A stretch of DNA of 60,506 nucleotides, counting the filler, from Squatina squatina (taxonomy: Eukaryota), in NCBI GenBank assembly GCA_031763465.1. It is 3 parts of 3 records of this genome, joined end to end, with 100 filler letters (N's around TTAATTAATTAA, not from the genome) between each part and the next. Parts side by side here need not be neighbours in the genome. Positions count along the whole stretch, not along the records: positions 47,014 to 60,506 come from JARFOE010835001.1; 2 more parts are not named here. One strand, written 5' to 3'. The position numbers were made by a program, and so were the translations under genes. Shown in pieces: positions 50,798 to 60,506 of this stretch; position 1 is the stretch's first letter; every line of letters starts with the position of its first letter. A model generated the notes under the pieces. It had not been told where the DNA came from, did not search any database, and saw nothing but the letters and a program-made list of their open reading frames with translations.

Positions 50798-50877
50798 CTT
50801 GCGATGGCTGAGTGGTTAAGGTGTTGGATTCGCAATGAAATGGTGTTTTCACCTCTGTTCGAACCCTGCACATAGCA
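50798..50877 (+). pseudogene. tRNA-Ser(CGA)-derived pseudogene
   Basis: gatggctgagtggttaaggtgttggattcgcaatg...gttcgaaccctgc; the anticodon arm and stems are mutated. Confidence 0.65.
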
Positions 50878-51318
50878 GCTTTCTGCATTTTCATCCGTTC
50901 TCTCTGAAATCCATTGGCCAAACCTTTTGAAACCACTTCAAGTGCAAAAAGAAGGCAGTGCCCACATGGAAACGCGTTCCACTCGGGTGATAGAAGTGAT
51001 TTCATTAGAAGATTGCACATTCGAGTCTAGTCCATTGTTTTCACACTGCTACAAATTCCACTATTTACCACATCTGGTTTACTTTCCTCCCTCATTGAAA
51101 TTTTCCTGCGGCATTGCCTTAATCTAACATTCACTGTCACTCACGTATGGTTGTTCTGCCACCACCACTGTTCCTGGGGACACAATCCCCATTCGCACCA
51201 ATCTGAATTGGTGCTTTGAAACCAGTTGATATATTTAGACCTGCCGGACCGCTCGACAGACGAGAATTGGGAGAGCAAGCCTGGCCTTCAAAAGCAAAAT
51301 AGCCGGATTTCACACGAA

Positions 51319-51392
51319 CTTTCCTTGGCTTAATGGATAAGGCGTCTGACATCGTTGCGAATCGTAATCGGGAGTGTTGACAGTAATAGGTC
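51319..51392 (+). pseudogene. tRNA-Arg(TCG)-like pseudogene (5' half recognisable)
   Basis: tggcttaatggataaggcgtctgacatcg matches the Arg-TCG D and anticodon arms; the T arm is lost. Confidence 0.55.
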
Positions 51393-51648
51393 ATTCTGTG
51401 TCTCTTTTAAACGGGTGTTCCCACAGTCCCGAATCATTCTCTGAGTAAGTCCTTTTAAAAGCAGTGCGATTTCCGCTGTGATGAGCGAGTTGAAAAGTTG
51501 TTGTATTTGAAGTTATACTGGAAACCCAGCTCGCAGCGCCTCCGTTCGTTAATTCAACATATGGTTATCTTTAGCGAAGTCCATCCTGAGCGGTTGCCCT
51601 GAATTTGCTCACTATTCTCAGCAGATTCGTCCATCTGGTGACGTCAGC

Positions 51649-51721
51649 AGCTGCATGGCCTCATGGAAAAGGCTTCAGTAATGTGAGTAGAATATTGTAA
51701 GCTCGACTCTTGCCCCTTTGG
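51649..51721 (+). pseudogene. Highly decayed tRNA-Arg pseudogene
   Basis: gctgcatggcctcatggaaaaggc...agaatattgtaagctcgactcttgcc aligns to the Arg-TCG/CCG consensus. Confidence 0.45.
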
Positions 51722-51962
51722 TTTAGCTCGCTCGGTGAAACGTTTTCTTCTTTTTACGAACCTGCATCAATACCAACCATTTCTGAAAGCCCCTCACCTG
51801 AATATGCGGAGGGACCTTTACAAACCGAAGTTGATCGTAATTTTTCAACATTGTCAATCTGGGTGCAAGGGCAGAACAAGCAGTGAAGGGGACTCCCTTG
51901 CAGAGTATTTCTGCTTGGATTGAAATTAGGGAATGGAATGGCTGAGTACACCACAACCGTGA

Positions 51963-52044
51963 GAGGAGGTGGCCGAGAGGTTAAGGCGATGGACTGCTAA
52001 TCTATTGTGCTCTGCATGCATGGGTTGGAATCCCATCCTCGGTG
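51963..52044 (+). pseudogene. tRNA-Ser(GCT), probable pseudogene
   Basis: 82 nt, nearly matching the vertebrate Ser-GCT, but the T-loop GTTCG is changed to GTTGG and the acceptor and anticodon stems have mismatches. Confidence 0.8.
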
Positions 52045-52784
52045 TTAAAACTTTCATGCCTTTGGTTATTTTTTCAATCGCTTTAAACTTCATTTCCAAA
52101 TTCAACTTTTGTCCCAAAGCCTTCCACACTTAGCTCATGTCATGCCCCCAGTTAGTGATCTATACGTTAAAGTGAAAACTTAGGTAGGATTATGGAGAGT
52201 GGGAATAATTAGAGAGAACTCTCAGAGACAAAGGACAGGTACGATTGGTTGAACAGCTTTCTCCAGTGCCGTCAGAATCTGAGACTTCAATACTTAATGA
52301 GTTGTGCCTTTGGTTATCGGCGACCCATTGGTTTAGGACTATGATTCTCTCCTAGTGGGTTTTTTGTAGCTCAGATCTGAGCTGTGGCGTGTTTGATGCA
52401 GACGATGCCCATTGGCTTTGAGTCAGACATCAGCTTCGCATCATCATGTTTGATTCTGGTTAATGCAAGACCTTCACATTTTGCTTTCTGCACCTATCAA
52501 CTCGTCTTAATTGGGATAAACTTACATTCAATGTCAATCTCCACATCTTCTTGAAACACCATCGTCCCTGAATATTAGTCATTTCTGCTTTCTCTCGTTC
52601 TGAAAGTAGGTGAGAAGCTGGCCCGGTTGTCTGGTCTGATTTAAAAGACTGCGCACCTTCTCTTTCGATTCCCACTTTACAGCCTTCCATCCTCAGTAGT
52701 AAGTTCAAAATTTCAGATCCAAACCAGCACTCCCACTGTCTGGGGCAGGAGGTGCAGGTAACAATTACATAAATATGATTATGT

Positions 52785-54990
52785 AGAATCTACAGAAATA
52801 GGCCATTCGGCCCAACCAATCCATGCTGACGCTTATGTCCGCTCGACCACCTCTCGTCTTTCCTCATCTAAATCTATCAGCATAAACCTCTGTTCCCTTC
52901 TCCCTCCTGTGCTTGCCTAGACTCGCCTTCAATGCATCTATTCAATTTGCTTCAACCACTCCCTGTGGTAGCGAGGTACATATTCTCAGCACTTTTTTGG
53001 GAAAGTAGTTTCTTCTGAATTCCCCATTGGATTTCTTGGTGACTATCCTGCATTGATGGCCTTCAGTTATGCTCTTCTACACAAGTGGAAACACTCCCGT
53101 TGTATCCACTGTATCAAAACCTTTCATAATTATAAAGAGCTCTATTAAGTCATCACTCAACCTTCTTTGTTCAAGGGAAGAGAGACCCAGTCTCTTCACC
53201 GTTTCCTGATATCTATAACCGCGCATTTTTGGTATCAGGTTTGTTGCAGTCCTCCTCAGCATTGACTATGCATCCCGCTCGCCACCTCCCCGCCCCTGAA
53301 TCTGGCGTCATCAGCAAATTTAGAAACAGTGTTTTTGATTCCAAAGTCTAAATCGTGAATGTAGTTGTGAACAGCAGCCTCTTCTCTGCATCCTCTTCAG
53401 CGCCTCTATATCATTTTTTTATAATAAGGCGACCAGAATTCCATGCAGTACTCTAAGTGTGGTCTAACCAAGGTTCCATACAAGTTTAGCATCAATTCCA
53501 TACTTTTCAATTCTCTACCTGTAGAAATAAACCCGACTGCTTGGTTTGCTTTCTGTTAGCCTTGCAAACCTGTGCTGTAACTTTTAGGGCCTTAAATCGC
53601 TATGTCCCTGGGTGGGAATCTTGACCAATTCAATGCTTAGGCTGGTAAACAGATTTCCAATGCTGAGCTTTGCGAGATTTTTGCAAAACTTGCACTGAAA
53701 ATCTGTTGTAGTTTTTCACACATCGTAAAACCAAGCATACACTTGGTTTTACCAGTGTAAGACTTCTTAAAAAAATTTAAATCAAAGCAATTAATGGTAC
53801 ATTACTTTAAAACCATTCCCAGTAAGGTGAGTAGGCTTTTCAACATTTTAAAAGACATTTTTAAATTTGGATAAAAATTGACTTATTAATCTCCTTTTTA
53901 TTAAATTTAAATGTTGGAATAGTTTGTAAAATGTTTTTGGATGTGTTTATGTTGTTTTTCATCTTTCATTCAATTTTTAACAGGTCTGTGATTGTTTGGC
54001 GCCTCGTATGTGACCTCTCTAGCCTGGACGATCAACTTCACCGGGATTGTACAGAGCCCCACTCCAAAACTCCAACTCCGGTGGGCTCAAACTCGCAAGG
54101 TCGTGTGGATTGAGGAATGGCAGGTAAGTGCGTAAAAAGTTTTTGCCATTAGCCTCTGATCGGAAATTTATGGCCATTGTGATTTGTGTCTTTTCACTCC
54201 TAGATCCCTTTGCTGTTCTATCCCACCTAGAGTCGCACCCTTCAAATAATAAGTGACTGCCCATTTCTTCCTACCAAACTGTAACAGCTCACATTTATCT
54301 GTGTTGAACTTAATTTGCCAATTATATACACATTATGCACGTTTTATTAATGTCCTCCTGCAATTTATTGCAGTCCTCCTCAGTATTAAATATACCCCCC
54401 CCCCGCCCCCGCCATCTCCTGCCGCGCCCCCAGTTTGGTGTCATCTGCAAATTTAGACACAGTGTTTTTGTTTCCAAAATCTAAATCGTGAATGAAAATT
54501 GTGAACAGCAGTGATTCCAGTGCTGATCCTTGAGGAACACCACTACCCAACGTCTGCCACTGTGAACAGCTACCCTTTACTCCGACTCTCTTCTTTCTGT
54601 CTTGAAGGCAGCAATCCACTCTGCTACTGGCCCCCAGATTCTGCATTCTCTGAGCTTGGTCATCATGGGTATATTATGGGGTACATGGTATAAGAACTTT
54701 TGGAAATCTAGATAAATTCCATCTAATGAATTAGCATTGTTTACTCCCACTGTTAGCTCTTCAAAAATTGAAGTCAGTTTGGTCAAGCAAGATTTTTCTT
54801 TTTGAAATCCATGCAAACTATTCATGATTATATTCTTTCGTTTCTAGATGTTGTCCTTATTTTTCCTTCAGCAAGCATTCCAATATTCTTCCAACCACCT
54901 GTGTTGAGCTAACTGGTCTGTAAATCCCAGGGTATGTTGGATGTGCCCTCTTCAATATAGTTATTATGTTAACGACCGGCCAGTCCTCTG
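52785..54990 (-). mobile_element. Fragmented CR1 elements with a nested TIR element at 53588-54175
   Basis: EQRRLSDDLIELFIIMKG, GVPQGSALESLLFTIFIHDLD...KFADDTKLG, HGFQKEKSCLTKL...IYLDFQK. The insert is bounded by ggccttaaat / atttatggcc. Confidence 0.85.
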
Positions 54991-55030
54991 GAACTACATC
55001 TTGTGCAGGCATTTAGTACCAACAGTGTAT

Positions 55031-55461
55031 GGGGAGGGGGTGATATTTCAGTGTGAGTGGGGGGATGATATTTCAGTGTGTGTGCTGGGAGGGGTGAGAT
55101 TTTAATGTGCAGGGGTGGGGTGACATTTCATTGTGTTTGGGGGAGGGGTGATATTTCAGTGTGTGTGCTGGGAGGGGTGAGACTTTAATGTGTGGGGGTG
55201 GGGTGATATTTCATTGTGTTAGGGGAAGAGGTGATATTTCAGTGTGAGCGGAGGGATGATATTTCAGTGTTTGTTCTGGGATGGGTGAGATTTCAATGTG
55301 TGGGGGTGGGGCTGATATTTCATTGTGTTTGGGGAAGGGGTGATATTTCAGTGTGTGCGGAGGGATGATATTTCAGTGTGTGTGATGGGATGGGTGAGAT
55401 TTTAATGTGTGGGGGTGGGGGTGATTTTTCATTGTGTTTGGGGAAGGGGTGATATTTCAGT
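55031..55461 (+). repeat. G-rich ~27-bp minisatellite with four-monomer higher-order structure
   Basis: About 16 monomers of ggggaggggtgatatttcagtgtgt-type, in the order ABCD BCD ABCD ABCD A. Confidence 0.9.
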
Positions 55462-55998
55462 CGCACCTTTTTGCTTCCACTCTTTAAACAACAGCTGCAA
55501 TCTGCCCCTGCTCACGAAACGGTTGCTCTCTTCTGATTCCGCCCTATTTTGACCAGCGATTTCTCCCTGTTTCCGCTCGTTAAACCCACAACAGTGTATT
55601 TTTGTGCAGCGCTAAATGCAACTTTATGATTTAAAGTTTTTACTAAAATGCATTAATAAAGTAAAGTGTTTTGCTTTGGTGTGGAAACGACTCTGGGGCA
55701 CTCGCGCAATGAGTGAGAATTCTGCTCCTGGACCAGCAAAACTCATGGTTCCACTTGGATGCATTTTTCGAGAAAATGCAATTACATTTTATTTTACAAT
55801 TGAAGAGGTTACACAATGAAACACAGCAACGTTTTTCAGACACTCACCTTGTGAGCGCAGTGAGGGCATCTCATCAATTTGCCGCTCACGCACAAACTCA
55901 CGGATTCAAACACAGCCCATAGATGGAGGATCAAAATTAAACATAACTGGAATGAGCAGAGATACCTGCGACTGAGGTGAAAAACCACGTTCGGATTT

Positions 55999-56072
55999 GG
56001 CTCCGTGACTTAGTTGGTTCCAGTGCTTGCCTGATGAAAAGGAGATGCTGGATTCAACTCCCAGAAGGGCCT
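55999..56072 (+). pseudogene. tRNA-Thr(AGT)-derived pseudogene
   Basis: ggctccgtgacttagttggtt...ggagatgctggattcaactcccagaagggcct aligns to Thr-AGT; the anticodon loop now reads ctgatga. Confidence 0.7.
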
Positions 56073-56716
56073 TGTGATAATCTATATTAGGTCAATTTTT
56101 GCAACAAAATAAGACAGACATGCGTCTGTAATTGATTCAAAACGAGCTTGGAAAGATTAACTCCTACTTTCTCCTGCTCTTTGAATGCCCAACAGGGTGC
56201 GTCTCTACAGCGTGAAATGTGAAAGCATGATTTAAATTTTTAACGAAAGTACCTTAATGTAAGGTGGAGCTTTGCATTGGCTTGGAATTGAACCCGGAGT
56301 TCAAGCATAGCAAGCGAGAACTCTACCCCTGAAATGCCACTGAAATTGGAAGCACCGTGAGGACATATCATCAAGTCTGCCAATCACGCACACACTCACG
56401 GATTCAAAAACAGCCCATAGATGGAGAATCAATGATAAACATAACTGGAACGAGCACAGATACCTGTGACTGAGGTGTAAAAACTAAGTTCAGATTTGGT
56501 TCCGTTGCTTAGTTGGTAACAGTGCTTGCCTGACAAACAATTTTGGTCAATTTTAGTAACAAAATAAGACAGACATGCATCTGTACGTGATTCATAACCA
56601 GCTCATAAAGCTTGCATCTGATCTTTCAGCACACAACAGATTAATTTTGTGCAACAACAAATGTAACATCATGATTTAAACTATTCACTGAGATGAATTC
56701 TTGAAATGTGAAGCTT

Positions 56717-56787
56717 TGCTTTGGCCGAGAATCAAACTTGGGTTTCCCGCGTGGCAGGCAACAATTCTTCCCCTGAAGCACCAATGC
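56717..56787 (-). pseudogene. tRNA-Gly(GCC) pseudogene
   Basis: Full-length copy with multiple stem and T-loop substitutions. Confidence 0.75.
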
Positions 56788-57313
56788 TGACATTTCAGCT
56801 TTGATTCATGTGTCCAGAGAATGCAATTACATTTTGCTTTTATAATCGAAGGGGTAACACAATTAAACACAACCATGTACTTCAGACACTGAAAACGGAA
56901 GTGCAGTGAGGACATATCATCAAGTCTGCCGCTCACACACATAGTAGCACAAACTCACGGATTCAAAAACAGCCCATAGATGGAGACTCAATGATAAACA
57001 TAACTGGAACGAGCAGAGTTACTTGTGAATGAGATGTAAAAACCGAGTTCAGATTTGGCTGCTTTGCTTGCCTGATAAACAGTAGAAGCTGGATTCCACT
57101 CCCAAAATGGCCCAGCAATAATCTTTCTCAGTTCAATTTTAGTAACAAAATAAGACAAACATGCATCAGTAAATGATTCAAAACCAGCTCAGAAAGGTTT
57201 CTCCCGATCTGCTCCAGCTCTTTAAACACACAACAGGTTAATTTTTTGCTACACCAAATGTAACACAATGATTTTAATTATTCATTAAAAAGCATCTGTC
57301 AAACGTGGAAGCT

Positions 57314-57385
57314 TACATATGGACGGGATTCAAACCCAGATCTCACCTGTGCCAGACGAGAATTCGACCCCTGAACCACCAATGT
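57314..57385 (-). pseudogene. tRNA-Gly pseudogene
   Basis: Full-length copy with a mutated anticodon arm. Confidence 0.7.
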
Positions 57386-57898
57386 TCATGCTTCAGCTTT
57401 GATTCAAGTGTCGAGAGAATGCAATTACATTTTGCTGTTATAACCGAAGGGGTTACACAAATAAACACAGCCACGTACTTCAGACACTGAAAACGGAAGC
57501 ACGGTGAGGACATATCATCAAGTCTGCCGCTCACACACATAGTAGCACACACTCACGGATTCAAAAACAGCCCATAGATGGAGTGTCAATGATAAACATA
57601 ACTGGAACGAGCAGAGTTACTTGTGACTGAAATGTAAAATCCGAGTTCGGATTTGGCTACTTTGCTTGCCTGATAAACAGGAGAAGCTGGATTCCACTCC
57701 CAAAAGGGTCTTGCAGTAATCATTCTTAGTTCAATTTTAGTAACGAAATAAGACAAACATGCATCAGTAAATGATTCAAAACCAGATGAAGAAGCTTTCC
57801 CCGGATCTGCTCCAGCTCTTTAAACGCGCAACAGATTAATCTTGTGCAACAGCAAACGCATTACCATGATTAAAACTATTCACTGAAATGCACAGGTT

Positions 57899-57969
57899 TG
57901 CATTGGCCGGGAATCGAACCCGGGTCTCCCGCGTGGCAGGCGAGAATTCTACCCCTGAACCACCAATGC
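57899..57969 (-). tRNA. tRNA-Gly(GCC), near-intact
   Basis: GCATTGGTGGTTCAGGGGTAGAATTCTCGCCTGCCACGCGGGAGACCCGGGTTCGATTCCCGGCCAATGCA has a full cloverleaf, an intact B box and one D-loop change. A T4 run lies ~24 nt downstream (57872-57875). Confidence 0.88.
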
Positions 57970-58482
57970 TCACGTTCCAGCTTTGGTTCATGTGTCGAGA
58001 GAATGCAATTACATTTTGCTGTTGTAATCGAAGGGGTTACACAATTCGACACAGCCACGGACTTCAGACACTGAAAACAGAAGCACGGTGAGGACATATC
58101 ATCAATTCTGCCACTCACACACATAGTAGCACACACTCACGGATTCAAAAACAGCCCATAGATGGAGAATCAATGATAAACATAACTGGAACGAGCAGAG
58201 TTAATTGTGACTGAAATGTTAAATCCGAGTTCGGATTTGGCTACTTTGCTTGCCTGATAAACAGGTGAAGCTGGATTCCACTCCCAAAAGGGTCTTGCAG
58301 TAATCTTTCTTAGTTCAATTTTAGTAACAAAATAAGACAAACATGCATCAGTAGATGATTCAAAACCAGATGAAAAAGGTTTCCCCGGATCTGCTCCAGC
58401 TCTTTAAACGCACAACAGATTAATCTTGTGCAACAGCAAACGCATCATCATGATTAAAATTATTCACTAAAACACACAGGTT

Positions 58483-58553
58483 TGCATTGGCCGGGAACCG
58501 AACCCAGGCCTCACACAGGGCAGGCAAGAATTCTACCTCTGAACCATCAATGC
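58483..58553 (-). pseudogene. tRNA-Gly(GCC) pseudogene
   Basis: About 10 differences from the 57899 copy, disrupting the anticodon stem and T-loop. Confidence 0.78.
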
Positions 58554-59883
58554 TCAGGTTTCAGCTTTGGCTCATGTGTCGAGAGAATGCAATTATATTT
58601 TGCTGTTATAATCGAAGAGGTTGTACAATTAAACACAGCCACGAACTTCAGACACTGAAAATGGAAGTGCGATGAGGACATATCATCAAGTCTGCCGCTC
58701 ACACACATAGTAGCACACACGCACGGATTCAAAAACAGCCCATTGATGGAGTGTCAATGATAAACATAACTGGAACGAGCAGAGTTACTTGTGACTGAAA
58801 TGTAAAATCTGTGCTCGGATTTGGCTACTTTGCTTGCCTGATAAACAGGAGAAGATGGATTCCACTCCCAACAGGGTCTTGCAGTAGTCAGTCGTGGTTC
58901 AATTTTAGTAAGAAAATAAGACAAACATCCATCAGTAAATGATTCAAAACCAGATGAAGAAGCTTTCCCCCGATCTGCTCCAGCTCTTTAAACACACAAC
59001 AGATTAATCTTGTGCAACAGAAAATGCATCATCATGATTTAAATTATTCACTGAAATGCACAAACTCACAGATTCAAAAGCAACCCATTGATGGAGAATC
59101 GAAATTAAACACAACTCGAGAGAGTAGAATTACCTGTGACCAACATCTAAAAGCAGAAGCGAGCTTTAGCTCTGTGGCTCACTTGGTTAACCTGCTTGTC
59201 CAGTATATAGAAATTCCTGGGTTTGGTTTCCAGCCAGCCTTGCGCTAGTTCATTTTCTGTCAACTTATGCTACAACATAAGGCAGATTTGCATCTGTAAT
59301 TGATTATAAACCACCCCGGAAAGGATACCTCCTCTCTGATCCCACTCTTTACACAACCGCTCCTTTCTTCTCCCGCACAATTTTAAATGTGCGCTGGTCT
59401 CTGCTCCTGCTCTTTTAAAAGCTGCTCCGCTCTGATCCTGCTCAGTTTGATTCCAAAAGCTCTTTTTTCTCCCCCAGCTCTTAAACAAGCGAATGTACAA
59501 GATCCCACGGACACCATGCTCCCCGTGTCCCAAAGGAATTTAAAAACTAAGCTTGTTTTTCGAAGAGAAAATTTATAACCGATGGATAAACATCACCAGT
59601 CTGCTCTAGAGAAACGTCATATTAAAGGCGAGAAACTCTCGCCATGCCAGGGTGATTCAAATCTGCAATCTTCGCTTCACCTGACCGAGGCCAAGTGGAA
59701 TCGGAGGCTCCTGCTGACCCAACCCCGAGTCATTTCAATTCGATTGTAACAGCACAGAGACACATGCAGAGAACTAAAGAGCGAGATTTGAGCAGGCCAA
59801 GGATCAGCCTCAGTTACATTGTAAGCTTCATTAAATCCTTATTCTGACACTCTGCCCCCAATATCAGACTCTCCCTGCACTGG

Positions 59884-60056
59884 GACTGACAGCACATTCC
59901 TCTTAAACAGACACAGAATGATCTGCAACTGACAGCACATCCCTTTTAAACAGACATAGAATGATCCTGGATTGACAGCACACCCCTTTTAAGCAGACAC
60001 AGAATTATCCGGGACTGACAGCACAACACTTTAAAACACACACAGAATGTATTGAC
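59884..60056 (+). repeat. ~43-bp minisatellite
   Basis: About four copies of tgacagcacat(t/c)cctcttaaacagacacagaatgatc. Confidence 0.8.
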
Positions 60057-60342
60057 AAAGCAGCTGAAATTGCTCTCCTTTTAAATAGACTAACACAAGG
60101 AATGATGCGGAACTGTGAGCTCAACCAGTTTAAAGAGACAGAAAATGGTCTGCAGTTTACAACAATCCCGATTACGATTAGCAGCGAAGTCAGAGGCCTT
60201 ACCCACTAGGCCAAGGGAGTTGTGCATACAATCCTGCTATTTTGAAATCGAAGGCCATTCCTGATTTTGCTGCACTTGTCTGGCGAGCATTCCAGCAGGT
60301 CTAAATGTATCGACTGGTTTCAAAGCAGCAATTCAGATTGGG

Positions 60343-60506
60343 ACATTGGCTTGGATTGAGAGCTCGTTAACAGACAGGAAACAGAGAGTGGGAATAAATG
60401 GGTGGCAGTCAGTGACTAGTGGGGTACCACAGGGATCAGTACTAGCCCCCAGCTATTCACAATATATTACAATGACTTGGATGAGGGACCCAAATGCAAT
60501 ATTTCC
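60343..60506 (+). mobile_element. CR1 RT fragment running off the window
   Basis: TDRKQRVGING...SVTSGVPQGSVLAPQLFTIYYNDLDEG. Confidence 0.85.

Larger units (their letters stand above)
55560..59300. repeat. Tandem array of ~585-600-bp units, each with a minus-strand tRNA-Gly and a plus-strand tRNA-Thr derivative
   Basis: Gly copies begin (left coordinate) at 55672, 56273, 56717, 57314, 57899 and 58483. Thr copies begin at 55999, 56498, 57057, 57655, 58239, 58823 and 59168. The units share the spacer ggattcaaaaacagcccatagatggag. Confidence 0.92.

Noticed and set aside
57057-58880. Functional tRNA-Ile(GAT) created by anticodon shift of tRNA-Thr
   Set aside because: These copies lack the D arm/A box and have broken stems and T-loops.
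55560-59300. CRISPR-like or protein-coding repeat array (repeated MCVSGRLDDMSS ORFs)
   Set aside because: The DNA is eukaryotic, the units are ~590-bp tRNA-bearing duplicates without unique spacers, and the ORFs vary in frame and stops.

Overview
This is eukaryotic, repeat-rich vertebrate DNA. Its repeats (CR1 LINEs, L2 LINEs, Deu-domain SINEs, Penelope, Harbinger) point to a cartilaginous fish. The assembly is very fragmented, with many fixed 100-N gaps. Two artificial linkers (44N-TTAATTAATTAA-44N at 22658-22757 and 46914-47013) split the window into three probably unrelated scaffolds. Scaffold 1 (1-22657) holds the minus-strand GNAQ-GNA14 tandem: GNAQ exons 2, 3, two alternative exon 4s, 6 and 7 plus the 3'UTR, and GNA14 exon 3. 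GNAQ exon 7 looks chimeric, with a GNA14-type alpha4/alpha4-beta6 segment on a GNAQ C-terminus and UTR. This scaffold also has an orphan MYH16-like myosin rod exon and a decayed retroviral env-like gene with a polypurine tract and LTR start. Scaffold 2 (22758-46913) holds an intact two-exon MCH-receptor-family GPCR with NPxxY changed to NPLLL, among Penelope, Vingi-like, Harbinger, RTE, L2 and CR1 fragments. Scaffold 3 (47014-60506) holds a near-full decayed CR1 ORF2, a tRNA pseudogene cluster, minisatellites, and a ~590-bp tandem tRNA-Gly/tRNA-Thr array with only one near-intact tRNA-Gly(GCC). All comparisons to reference proteins and repeats are from recall, not database searches.
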